Shown here: positions 39,038-51,568 of the stretch, in pieces | Position numbering within the stretch: position 1 is the stretch's first letter | Layout: each line of letters opens with the position of its first letter | Assembly: GCF_037042905.1 (NCBI RefSeq) | Contig: NC_087245.1 | Coordinates: forward strand, 4,156,001 to 4,216,000 | From: Lytechinus pictus | Lineage: Eukaryota | Reading direction: 5' to 3' | DNA length: 60,000 bases | Made by a program: the position numbers and the translations under genes | The notes under the pieces: model-generated | Seen by the model: only the letters and a program-made list of their open reading frames with translations | Database searches by the model: none | Told to the model about the DNA's origin: nothing

Positions 39038-40765
39038 AGAAGTTATTGAGGCCACACACCTGTTATGGTCTGTAATAGGATCCAGATGGAACTAATTGAT
39101 ATCGCTTAACAGCCCTTACGAGCTGCCATATGATCTTCAAGAAGATTAAACGACGTCACAATCACGACAAAGCAAAGATTAGATCAAATAATACAGGAGC
39201 CCGAAGGTAAGAAGGGATGACAGCCAAGGAGACTGACAAATCCAGAACAATTACCAGTCCTATAACAAAAACTAAACAGAATAAATTTGGACGAAAGGGG
39301 GAAAATGAAAGGCTCATGAAACCAACAACTCTGTCTCTACATATCTGAAAGCATTAAACCGAACCAACGTCATAAAACGACTCACTCTCATTCCCTGCAA
39401 CTATATAGGTAAAATTGAGGATGAAGAACAAACATTGAAAAGAAAAAAATAAAGGAATAATACATAACTAATGGCCTTACCATTCAGCCACAGTAACACA
39501 CGAAGGGGATGACTATGTGTGTCGATGTTTTAAAAGGTCGTTTCCGCTAATGAATCATGCATAATTTCATAACAGTGTGTGAATGCACTATACATAAACT
39601 AATTCATGGAGAAATGATATGCAATTAGAATGAATTACTTTGATGCAATCAATCTTTCACGATCAGACGAATACCGATCACATCGCACGTAAAGTACATT
39701 TCAGGGATGAAAATATATTTTTAATAATCCATGTAATATGACAGAACGTCATTGTCGGCTGGCTGGTTATAGCGCTTAGCAAACAAACAAAAAATGCTTT
39801 TAAACACGTTTGAAGAATTTTTTTGATATACCATCAACTAAGAAAGATCATTTCACCCTTTCCGATATTTTGCATCATGTTTAATGAATGAATAAATAAA
39901 TATATCATATGATGATAAATATTTCCTATATAAAGAATGTAGTAAAGAGTATGCATTAATTTGTTAAAGTATCCGCAACGACACTATGGCACACATATTC
40001 GGTGTAAACCAAAGTACACTTCATTCATTGACCTTTTAAAATATCATTCTTGTGTAGAAGCAGATCTTAGTTATATCCGCCCCCACTAGTTTTCATCACC
40101 ATGAATGAAGTGATGGTTGTTCATGGGAAAGGATCTCTGGTTATCCTCCTTAGTCATTAAGATCGATCGAGTTTGTGATTCCAACCACGAAGCTATCTGT
40201 CAATCACCGGTATCTACTTACTACTGATTGGTAGCTGATAAGGACAGGTTGATTTTTCAAGAACACTTTGCGATCACAAATCAACACCAACGTAGTCATG
40301 TGGCGTCAAATGCATTTGTATTATGATTAACATTGTGGTCTAAATTTTAACAATATACATGTAGTCTAAAGTAGTGTACCCTTTGGTGACATTGATTATT
40401 GCGCTTGAAGGTGATTAGTTTTATTCATTTTGCAATTAACATAGTTATATACATCCTTCCTTTTGAGTTGTTTTTAGGAGAGACGTGAAGATGTGATAAA
40501 AGTGGGGCTGAAGTCAACTAATTATTTTTTTTTCTCAGAAGCGAGATCATCCCTAATCATTATATAGTTGGTGAGAATCGTAACCATAGACAATGTTTTA
40601 GTCTTGTTCTTCTGGGCGTTAGTGTATAATGTCCTGACCTTTATCAACTTGGTCCATATATTTACTTTTCGTGGATACTGTCATCGGTAACGTAACGTAA
40701 TAATTATAATGAGTCTTTTATCAAAGTAAATAAGTAAAACCCTTCTCCCATTCTTCTCTCTTTAT

Positions 40766-40766
40766 T

Positions 40767-40800
<34 letters not shown>

Positions 40801-40813
40801 GCTCTCTCTCTCT
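40766..40813. repeat. Compound (TC)n(AC)n(TC)n microsatellite
   Basis: Read directly from the sequence. Confidence 0.9.
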
Positions 40814-42113
40814 GATTGTTTATATAATGTGTATGGTTATGTCTTTAGGTGCAGCTATTAGCTCCAGTCGGTGTCTTTGTACCAATTACATTAATGTACA
40901 TGTCGAGTATTGTAATGAAAAGGCATTTTATCAAATACATTTTACAATAGCACAATGGACTCACCCATCTATTAATGCCCATCATCAATTTACTCATTAT
41001 ATTAAATCTGATTATTACTTCTATCTGAAGATGTCTAATTTAGAATATATTCTGTCTAAGGTCGGTTTTATACAGAACTTAAGATTAGGGTAATTTACTA
41101 CCATTATAGTAAGGTTGCCATTATGTTACGTTTTCATGGTTTCTTGCTTTCTCTATTCAATAAGGTGATTGAAAACCTGTTAAGCTGCAAGGCTTTTTTC
41201 AGCAAGTAAGAAAAATTAACTATTTGGCAAAGTAAAAGTAACAAGGATGCTACAAATCATTTAAAAAAAACGAAACGTTACATTAAACAGTGTTAGAAAA
41301 GATCAGGTATAGCAAAAACTTTAGGGGGAAAACGCTATAAAAACAAACAGAACATAAAATCTATAAACCACAATGACAAAATTACCATGTTCGTGATTCT
41401 AAAGAAAACGAGGCACAGATTAAAATCCCCCTTTCCGATTTCAAAATCACGTTTCTAATAAGATGCATTTTACCTTCCTGAACACTCCTAGTATTTCCCA
41501 TGAAGATAATGTACGGAAACAATGAAATGAGAGATAGGAAGAAGATACTGATTTTTCTCCCTGTATAAAAGCTTCCTTTAGCCAGCAGCATTTGCTCGAA
41601 GCTCACTCACTTAAATTCTAACCATTTATATCAATTAGAGGTGATGCATGTGCTATTAAAAGGAACCGATTTCCTCTTTCGTTGCCCAACTTGCCTCTAA
41701 ACTAATCGACATGGTTTCCTTCCCTTCCATACATTAAAGGGAATATCCAATTCTACTTCAACATTGAAACACAATGTTGTAAAAAGACGATTTGAAACTC
41801 CTTTAGAATAATAACAAGAACAATTTAAATCGTGGCCAAACACGAATCATGCTTGGGCTAGTTACATTTATTTCTCGCTTCAGAGGAAATGCGATCATTT
41901 CAAACAGATAAAAGTATAATTGAGAAAGAAGACACTAAACCACTTGTTAATGAAAATAGACCCAAACTCTTTTATTTTGTATTACCTAGTCATTTAAGTT
42001 ATTGATTCAATTTACTAATTCATTTAATTTTTATTCACTACCACTTTTATTTAATTAGGGGAGACTCATCAGTTGAAAATGCAATACTGAGGGCTGTTAC
42101 TGTTAGTATAGCC

Positions 42114-42398
42114 CACTGGCCGATCCAGGGGGGGGGGGGCAAAGCCGGCCCGTGCCGGCTTTTTGCCCCCTCCCGTGCCCCCTCTCCCTTACAGGCACAA
42201 TTAAAAATTTGTAATGTAAATTGCCGTTAAAGCAGAAGTGTGCCCCCCCTGAAAGTGATTTTTTTTTTTTTTGCTTTTAATTTTTTTTTGTGGACGAAAT
42301 AATTTTATATTTTGTTGAAAACTTCTTTTTTTTGCTTGTCAAATTTTTCCAGGGAATATGTCCCCCCCCCCCCTTGGGAAATCCTGGATCCGCCCCAG
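42114..42398. mobile_element. hAT-type MITE with a perfect 8-bp TSD
   Basis: TIRs CACTGGCCGATCCAGG and CCTGGATCCGCCCCAG. The TSD GTATAGCC is at 42106-42113 and 42399-42406. Confidence 0.9.
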
Positions 42399-43618
42399 GT
42401 ATAGCCAATAGCCCACTTTAAAGTATAAAACAGATTTGCAAGATGGTACGAAATAATTAACGAGGTAGCACATTATTTTAGTAACCAACCCCTTAGTAAC
42501 ACCCTATGATCGGCCCGACCTTTAATACATGCCTTTAAGAACCATCATCGATCGAAATAGAATGTTCTACCGCCAATACCTACACCTGATAACCATCCAT
42601 AGTTATAGTGCACTTGTCAATATCCATTCGTCACAAGTCTGAAGCACGAATAGTATCATATATGTGATCGGCCATACCGAAATGAGAGAGAAGTCGCAAA
42701 TCAAAATTCCTAGAAATTCGACGAACTAATAAAAAAGTCGAAATTTTGAAGGTTTTTGTTTTTTCATTTTCTGATTGTTCCATGTTTCATGATTACTCTG
42801 TGAAAAAAATGAGTGAATTTGATGACGGGAAAGTGATTAAAAAAAAGTTTTTCTGCGAGTGTTTTTTTCGGTCAGTTCGAAATTTTCTGATACTTGGCAC
42901 GCTCGACTTGATCGAATTTCGCTTCATACTAAGCTCCGCCCCTAGCAACGTACGCCATTGTTGATTGGCTATTCATTTAAACTAGAGTACAGCTGGCGGC
43001 GTCCGACCGGCCGCTCGATCGATCGATCGATCGGTTCAATGAGCTTCAAAAGAAAGATCAAAAGCATCGCTTTCAATACGTATTCTGAAATTGAAAAGGG
43101 GGCTTCTTGACAAAAGTTAACAAACGGGATTCAACTTCTAAAGGGTTATTTTTGTGATAATGGTAGTTGGTACCAGGCGGGGGCGTTAGCGATTGATTAA
43201 TAGGCCTACCTGATTTAGAGCGTATAGCTTGTCTATAATCGCGCAAAAAGTCATGCGTAAACGCAAAATTCATAACACGGTTTGTTGGCGAGGATTTATT
43301 TCATGAAACATAACATGGACATGTTGAAGATTCTCTTTATTATTTGCAAGTGATCGGGATGTTTCAAAGAGAAAACTTTATTTTCAAAAGAAATGGTTTA
43401 AAATCCATAAAAGTATTGTATGTTCGCGAATGTGGGTTAATGGATCTGCAGTATCATTAACAAAAGAAAAAAAGTTTATCATGAAAGCTTGGTGGGCTTC
43501 ATTATTTCCAATTATTTTTGCCTTCAATTTCTATCATGTTTGAATGAACGATAGAGAAAGAAATAACTGTCAGAAATAACAGGAAGTCAGAGACAGTAGA
43601 ATAATTATCAACTTCGAC

Positions 43619-43848
43619 AAGGCGCGGATCCAGGGGGGGGGGGGGGGGACATCCCCCCTTGAGAAGAAAAATAAAAAATTTGTAATGTAAAAATGCCATT
43701 GAAGCCGAGATATACCCCGGGATGTACCCCCCTTTTGAAATTGAAGACCTATTCTTTTTTTTTGCTTGAACATTTTTTGGCGGGTATACGAAATATCCTT
43801 AATTTATGGTTGAAAACCTTTTTTTGGAAAATCCTGGATCCGCCCCTG
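43619..43848. mobile_element. hAT-type MITE, same family as 42114-42398
   Basis: TIRs AAGGCGCGGATCCAGG and CCTGGATCCGCCCCTG. TSD ACTTCGAC/ACTTTGAC (7/8). Shares the internal AAAAATTTGTAATGTAAA with the 42114 copy. Confidence 0.85.
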
Positions 43849-44404
43849 ACTTTGACCAATGAAATATGGCCCGAAAGGACCATTCAGTAGGCCTGCATTT
43901 TTTTATTTTTGATAATGGTATACGGGTCTTACGATATTGATTGAAAATATTAGTCATTTAAAATACACCTATTGAAATTAACATTAACCTACAAGTCATT
44001 GTCATGTTGTCCCCTTCGACTTTGTCCAGATCTATTCTCTCTTTCCCTCTCTGTTATTCTCTTACCTTCAGTTCTTCTTTCGTCTTTCTTGTGTTTTATT
44101 TCTTCCTTTCTTCCCTTCTCCCCCTTTTCGTTTGCTCTTCTCATTCAGGCCATTCGGTCTCTTCTTTCTAAATCTCCCTCTTGTTCTTCCTCAACCCCTT
44201 TCACTTCTTTAATTCTAATTTGTTAATTCCTCTTTTGTTTGCCGTTCTAGTTCCCTTTCGATCTTCTCTTTTTTCTATGTCGATTATTTTCTCCTCCTTT
44301 CCTTCTTCTCTCTCCCCTTTGTTCACCCTCTACATTTTTTCCATATTTTCCCCCTTTTCGTTTTTTTTCGTTCTTTCCCAGTTTGATCTTCTCTTTTGTG
44401 TGTG

Positions 44405-45065
44405 TTAGCAAGTGCCATTTTTCGTACGCCAATTTTTACCCCCAAATGCCATCACGAACGTGTTTTGTACGTGCAGCGCCTTTCACACCCGAGAAGGACC
44501 CGTTTTATGCCGTTAGAAGGGGCCCCTTTGATTTCTTATACGGTGCCCTTTCTCTTATCAGTGCCCCTTTTTACCCAAGAAAGTGCCCCTTACCAACATG
44601 TTCTGTGCCCCTTTCACCTGGGAAGGACCATCAGTTTAGTCACGGTGTTAACGAGTGCCCCTTTGAAACAAGAAATAAAGCAATATACTTCTGAAGGAAA
44701 AAAGAATAATCATACGTGCATTAAGTTTCATCAGTCAGTTGAGTGGGTAGATGCGTACAGATGGGGGGACTCTTGCCTCCCCCCCAAAAAAAAAATCACA
44801 ACCAAGAAAAAAGAAAGAAAATATAAGAGAAGGAAAGAGAGATAATGATATTATTTCTGAATAGGCCTATAATTTATGTCAAAATCTAACACAAAATTTG
44901 ATTTTCGTTATAAAAATGTTCATTTTTGCTCGCTCGAAGCTTCGATACTGCAGCCAATTCAAAATTTTTCGCTCACCACACTACTGTAGATTAGTCTTTC
45001 TTTTTTAACGAGAAGGTGCCATTTTTCCCAGTGCCCCCCTTCAAATTCGCTCCACCGCGCCCCTG
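44405..45065. mobile_element. hAT-like MITE remnant with GTGCCC(C)TT repeats, containing a nested 8270-family copy (about 44750-44990)
   Basis: Repeated GTGCCC motifs and a right end CGCGCCCCTG. The nested segment GCGTACAGATGGGGGG...CCCCCCCAAAAAAA...GCTCGCTC resembles 8270-8519. Confidence 0.5.
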
Positions 45066-46129
45066 AAGTAAAGTGCTTTAAAGGGCTTGTGATTATAATT
45101 TTTAATCTATATAAAATTAAAGGCAATTAACGGGCCGTGGCAGAGAAATGAAAACCTAGGCTCCCCCTTCCCTTTCATTCCCGCCCGTGCTTCAGAGAGA
45201 TTTTAATAATTGTCTTTTAATTATATTTATCAAAGAGTTACTAACCGTCAAACGGGATGCGAAATCTGAGTTATAAGGTTGGTCAAGATTGGTGATAACG
45301 TAATAATGGCGAAATGAAAGCCAGGCACAAGACCTGTTCAAACAAAGGAGATCAGCGCTTTGTAACTTTGGTAAATTATCATTATTATCTAAAGCTCACA
45401 ATCCATCGTAGTTTGGGCGGCAAGGACCCCGTAACACAAAGGCTAATGATCAATTGTTAATACGAAATCGCGCCGGCGCTCGTCGGGCGACCGCCGGGTC
45501 TACCGTAGTCTAGGTTTTGTTACTCGCAACGTCCGGGCTTTTGTTATTTCAAAACGTGTGAAGTGTTGATCATCAACTCAGAAATGGCGTGTTCAGTGCG
45601 ATGTCGAAAGTCGAGACTGCATTTAAAGACGGATTATTGTAGCTTTTTAATCAGTTCTCGCACTGTTATCAGTGCTGGATCCGCCTATGAAAAAGTAAGA
45701 AAAACATACAAAGGGAAAACGGAAGGAAAGCAGGAAAGAAGAACATGTGAGAAAGAACAAATCATTCCAAAATACTATGCTAGCGTGATTAGTAAGAAAG
45801 GGAAATAAACAACAAAGATGACAAAATAGCAAACAACAGTGGGAAATTAAGGTAGAATGGAATGAGTCAAAAGTTCTATTGGAAAATTAAGAAAACAGAG
45901 AACTATAAACACAACCGGGCTTTTATTTCGTTTTATTTTTTTATTTTGAATTTATTATTATTATGTTTTTTTCTCTTTTTAGGGGGGTTCTCTCTCCTCC
46001 AAATTTAATCATTCAATCTTACAAAGACTTGTTGCACAAGGCATTTGCATGTTCTAATTCTTTATCTGTTACTGTGTTAGAATAAAATATTGGTTGTGTT
46101 TGATATCGATCCGAATCAGCATTCATGTT

Positions 46130-46300
46130 GGAGGTGCCGTGGCCGAGTGGTCTAAGGTGCCTGGCTATACATGGAGAGTCCGGGATCGATCCCCGCGGCT
46201 ACGACACCTTTGCTCTTATATCCTTCATTCAGATAAATGGAAATGCTGTTCGCATTATTTGTAACTAGGTGTGCACTTGTTTGTTTAAAAAAATTGAAAA
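46130..46300 (+). mobile_element. Degenerate tRNA-derived SINE (second family)
   Basis: A box TGGCCGAGTGGTCTAAGG, B-box-like GGGATCGATCCCC, a short body and an A-rich end. It does not form a complete cloverleaf. Confidence 0.7.
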
Positions 46301-48284
46301 GCGTATCTCCCCTAATCTATCCTCTGTTGGAAATAATTATAACGGGACTTTACTCAGGGTATCTCCTCGCTCTTTTTGTTGTAGAATTAAGACGTTTATG
46401 TCAAGGTTTTTTTTTTCTGCACCACTTTTAGAATCATTATAAACCTTTTTCTATTGCCTTTTTTCATTAATATACCTTTATGTATTTTGTACTAATTTCA
46501 AATCATTCCAATGCTGTAAATTATACCCCCCCCCCAAATGATCGGTAATAGATGATATTGAACAAATTATTCGCGTTTTTGTTCTCACTGTCTCAATCTA
46601 ACATAAGCATTAATAAAACATGAACACACAAGCCATTAGTAAAGGTGAGGTACAAATTATTTTGAAGGCCCATCTTACCATTATTTTTACAAGGGATAGT
46701 TTTTTTTTAACATGCGGTTAAAGTTCAGGTCATAATGACTCGCTTGATAGATTACATGTCAAGAGTCCGGGTGAGAGTAAACGCCATCGACATTCAAACA
46801 AGCCGATGGCACAATTGGAATACTCCCTCCTCCGTGGTTTTAGGTCCAACCTTTTATATCATGGCATTCTTTTTCTTTCATGAAGATTATTATAAAACCC
46901 CAGTTTAACCACTGATGTGTAGAAGATAATTGATTGACACGGAACGTTGTTTCGTCTTGCAGTCGCGCGTGACTTGCAAGTTGACTATTGTTCTCAAAGC
47001 AGCCTCCTCATTGGTTAATCGTTTCGCCTTTTTTGGCAAGCGGTTACTAGGGCATTTCGGTTAGCTCGGCGGTGGCAAAATAGATTTTTTCATGGAGCAG
47101 GGTCAAAACGGAAGTCAAACTTCAAAGGCGTTTTTCTCTTGATTTTTATTTTCAAGAGCCCAATTCTTCTTGCATTCTAAGGCTAATATCTCTACTAATA
47201 TTTACTTTTAAGGGTCGAGTGATATATCAAATTAAAGGTAAAGAAACGGGGAATAATAATCACTAAAAAAATTGGATTTGGAACATTCCGACTTGTCTCT
47301 CATTTCGGTGTGTCGAGTCACATATATCTTGATATGAGATGACAAGTCGAATGTCATGTAGGGGATTCGTGACGGCATGCGACTCTTTTATGGATATCGA
47401 TATCAATATCGATCCTTAAGCACTTCTCGTTTCTTGGTACGTTCACCTTTCGGGAATCACGTGATCAGTCAAATTTAAGCTGTGTTTCGCCCCGTTAGCC
47501 GATTATCTACAGTAGATATGAATGTATTTTCCCCCGATAAGCCATTAAGAACTCAATTTTACATTATAAGAAGTAGATAGAAAGATGCATTATATTAGCC
47601 TACATTTTTATATGGCCAATTTTGCTTGCTAGATCTATTTTATACCGCTTATAATTATAGAGAGCAAGAAAGGCTTTCACTTTCATACCCCCTTTCTTCT
47701 CAAAAGAGATGAAGACATCATAGGTATATTGATCTTAACTAGATAATCATATCAAATCTTTTCACAAGAGAATCTCAAAGAATTAAAGAGATTTACTCTG
47801 TACATAAACAGAAAACCATACTCATTTTAAAACGATATTTCATCCAAGTCAAAGTGAAATGTCAATAATTATGTTGTATGAAGAAAGTATGACTCAATCT
47901 TTTGCTTCGTTTATGGGTTCACGAATGTGTCAGTCAGTGACTGAAGTGTTTTCTTGCATTCTTCATGAAGATAAATTAGTTCGAAGCCTTAAGGGATTTG
48001 AAAAATTCATGCAATTCATCTGACCTGCATAGGCTGCATGTAAAGTCAATGGCCTATCTATTAATATTTTGCTGTTTTTTATAAACAGTATAAATTCACT
48101 GAAAATGGCGGTAGTATTTTTAGTTTGGTAAACAACGCTCATTTTTCTATCATTTCGAAGCGTATAATGTCATTATTTTCATAAAATAATTTTGTAAGTG
48201 ATCGACAGGAAAAAATTATTATTAGGATTACTGTGAGTGAGCTACTCTTTTCCTAGGAATGTTATCGTTTTATCTCTTCATACT

Positions 48285-48930
48285 CGGGGGCGGATCCAGC
48301 CTTCGCCAATAAGGGGGGGGGCGAAATATTTTTTACCCATATTTTTCCCGATCGGCCGCTGAAAGTTGATTTTTATTTGTTTCTTAGAAGGGGTAGTCCT
48401 AACAGTCACTTGTTAGCTTTATTCTCACAAAATTCTCACAATAAATAATAATCTCATAAATGAGCCCTAATTGACAAGTACGAGCGCGAAGAGCGAGCTA
48501 TTTTTTAAAAGGAAATTTCATGAATTTTGTCCTGAAAATTGAACATTCTGAGCAATGATTGTGATCGTAAACAAGATGTCTATGTAACTTAATAATCACT
48601 GCGAGTGCGAATATTAGTACATTGTTAGTACATTCTGGCCTGATGGGAAAACAGACAAAGAGGGTAGGTATATAACTAAACATTTCATGCGAGCGCGAAG
48701 CCCGAGCGAAAAAAAAACGAGATTTAGACCTAAAAATAGGACACACTATTCATGTTTCGTAAATCACAAAAAGGATGACTAATTGGGTATCTTCTTACAT
48801 TAATAATACAAGCGCGAAACGCGAGAAGGAAATTTTTGATATTCTGATATGAAACTGGATAATTCAAGCACGTTTTGAATAAAGAACAATTAAACTCCGT
48901 ATCTATTGTGTGCGCGTGTTTTGATACTTG
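48285..48930. mobile_element. Truncated hAT-like element with GCGAGCGCGAAGCGCGAGC-type internal repeats
   Basis: Left TIR CGGGGGCGGATCCAG. The motif recurs at about 48481, 48601, 48688 and 48811, and related fragments occur at about 10380 and 12050. Confidence 0.6.
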
Positions 48931-49855
48931 TCCGATGAACGTTCTTCGAGCAAGACGTATAAACCTCCGCTTGAAATGCGGATGCGATGAATGAAAGTGA
49001 CCCACTAGTTCCCCAAACTCATTATCTGGTTTATTTGCTAAATCCCCTTTCCCATCTACCTGATGAGTATCATTGCGTATCCGGCGGAAACCTATGGTAT
49101 AAGATTCACTCTTAAGATTATCTCAAATGTTCGTACCAATCATTCAAGCTTGAACTCATGAGGCAAGGCTTATGTCAAACCAAATTGGGAAGTTAGAGAA
49201 CCTCTCATGTTCATGAAACAACATCTATAGTACTTCAGTCACTTCAGAGGCATATCTCTGTCACAGAGGGGAAAAAAGCCAATTTAGCTCATAAGGCGCC
49301 ATGTTCTTGGATGTAAATGTCAATGATGAGATTAGTTACTATCTGTACCAGACATCTTTATTTTGATCAGGGTTTTTTTTTATTCGGAAAGGGGCGCAGT
49401 ATCAGACTCTCTGTTCATCCTAAAGCCAATTCCCTGTCTTGTGAATAAAAGATGTGTGATGTCTGTCAGGAATCTGCAAACGAGGAAGGGTTTACTTTGA
49501 AACTAAAAGTAAAAAACAAACCATCAGCCTTAATAGTCCCACCTTAAGTCCTCAAATACATATTTCTAGCCAGATGCATTACCCAAAATGCAACATTCTC
49601 TGCAGCGTAGCCTTTAGATATAGGCCCAGTTGAAGGATGAAACACTTAATCCACTACGCAGTACACTCATATCGCAATAATTATCTTAATATATCAAATA
49701 GCAAAACATGCATTCTGAATGAAAGGTAAATATAATCATTCAGTTTGATGCTCTTTTTCTATCAACACTGACTGTATAATACTGACCAATGGAAAAGCTT
49801 TGTGCCAAAGTATATAAGCTCCATGTATCCTGACTATATCCATGATTTTCTTCGC

Positions 49856-50106
<251 letters not shown>

Positions 50107-50902
50107 ATTCTTTCGGATACACTCTGTTATTGTTTCCACTGTCATGATTGTATAGGTACTGAAATGAAATGTAAATAATTGAAAATCACTTTCTTCTTTA
50201 AAGTGCAAAAAACAGTCGTTCTCCTATATACAGCAGCAAAACTAATTTGTTACCAGTACCCATTAAGTGCTCTGCTTCACTGCCTATATCTTTAAACGAA
50301 TTGTCCGTTAATTCCAAGCAAACTAATTTTCTACTGTTTTGTCATAGTATGTATAGGCATTGCATTGTGTATTTTAATTGTTTTTTTTTTTATAATTGTG
50401 ATTTTATAATGTTTGAATTGTGAATAATAGCATAGCTCCCTTGTAAAGCAGGCCTCTTGCTTGAATGGGACTACCCTGCTTTTTTAAAAGAAAACATGAA
50501 TAAATAAATAAATAAATAATTAAATTAAAAATAAATGAATAAATAAATAAATACATGTAGATAGATAAATAAATAAATATATATATAAACAAACACAAAC
50601 TTGATTAATCGCAGCAGCAGGAAATCTGCTCTGCAGCATAAGGACTATAGTAATCTCAAAATATGTTAATAAGAAGATATGAAATCTACTTTCGGCATAA
50701 CTTGAAATTCCGCAGATATAAGTCTTATGTCAGTCACTGGACCAAATGGTAGACGAAATTGTTGAATGTTGAAAACTATCACGTTCTTAATTGACCATGT
50801 CGTTATATTTCTATTTATATTTAATTCACAGGTCTCTCCCACGACTTGAGACGTTTAAATCACATCGTCTGAAAACAGACTATCTCCAACTAACTTGCCA
50901 AC

Positions 50903-51021
50903 ATGTATCATAAAACAACAACAGTTGCTCTAGCTGTTCTACTTATTGCCTTAGTCTCATTCTCAGATGCTACAAATTACTGGAGAATCGCAAAAGGCAG
51001 AAACGCTCGATACACAGCCAG
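50903..51021 (+). CDS. First coding exon of a putative neuropeptide/peptide-hormone precursor (exon begins at 50832)
   Basis: Acceptor TTAATTCACAG|50832, a 71-nt UTR, start context GCCAACATG, translation MYHKTTTVALAVLLIALVSFSDA-TNYWRIAKGRNARYTA (signal peptide with an S-x-A cleavage site), and a phase-2 donor CAG|GTAGGA. Confidence 0.8.
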
Positions 51022-51445
51022 GTAGGAGTTTTACATTAATTATTTCATTTACAGGGGCCTATACACATTGGTTGCTATGTACTGAACATGACGAGGTTGG
51101 TGTACAGTTTATGATATCTTTAGGAAACATGAAACGTATTCTGCTCGATCCCACTCATCGCAAATGATATCGTCCTTTTCCATGTCACCTTTTAGTGATC
51201 TGTAACCCGAGGTCATAGGTCGAATGTGATAGGTGACATCCTCTCAGTTTTAGCAATACGAAAATTTAGAGTATTAAATGTACAATCATCACATCTTGAA
51301 CATAAAGTATGTTTCTATTTACCATCAAATGATGTATTTGATTGTTGAATAGAAACACGAATTGCACAATATATGCATTCTTCCTGATATCTCAAGTGCA
51401 AATTACTTTAGAAATGATAAAGATATTTTTGATGTTTATATCTAG

Positions 51446-51568
51446 ATCACCAAGGCTGTACGACTCACTGAAGAACACACAGGTTAAAAGGTATGGTGGA
51501 ATTGAAGATGTGGAAGCGGCGGAGAATACCATTGATAATTGGCTAAGAGATTGGATCATCTCAAACAG
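51446..51568 (+). CDS. Second coding exon of the precursor, containing the KR dibasic site
   Basis: Acceptor TTTATATCTAG|, 123 nt, phase 2 to phase 2, open in the required frame (R)SPRLYDSLKNTQVKRYGGIEDVEAAENTIDNWLRDWIISN, donor CAG|GTAAAA. Confidence 0.75.

Larger units (their letters stand above)
42663..47322. mobile_element. Candidate 4.7 kb non-autonomous TIR element (TGT...ACA ends, TATA flanks) with nested insertions
   Basis: Left end TGTGATCGGCCATACCGAAATGAGAGAGAAGTCG. The reverse complement of the right end is TGTGACTCGACACACCGAAATGAGAGACAAGTCG. TATA lies at 42659-42662 and 47323-47326. Confidence 0.5.

Noticed and set aside
46130..46205. tRNA-Leu/Ser-like gene
   Set aside because: Only the D-arm and A box are tRNA-like. 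The anticodon and T arms are degenerate, so it is a SINE head.
50967..51167. 66-aa ORF in the track
   Set aside because: It is an off-frame overlap with the signal-peptide exon and runs into the intron.
51492..51503. YGG after KR as an opioid/enkephalin motif
   Set aside because: The fourth residue is Ile rather than Phe, there is no closing dibasic site, and three residues are too few to infer homology.
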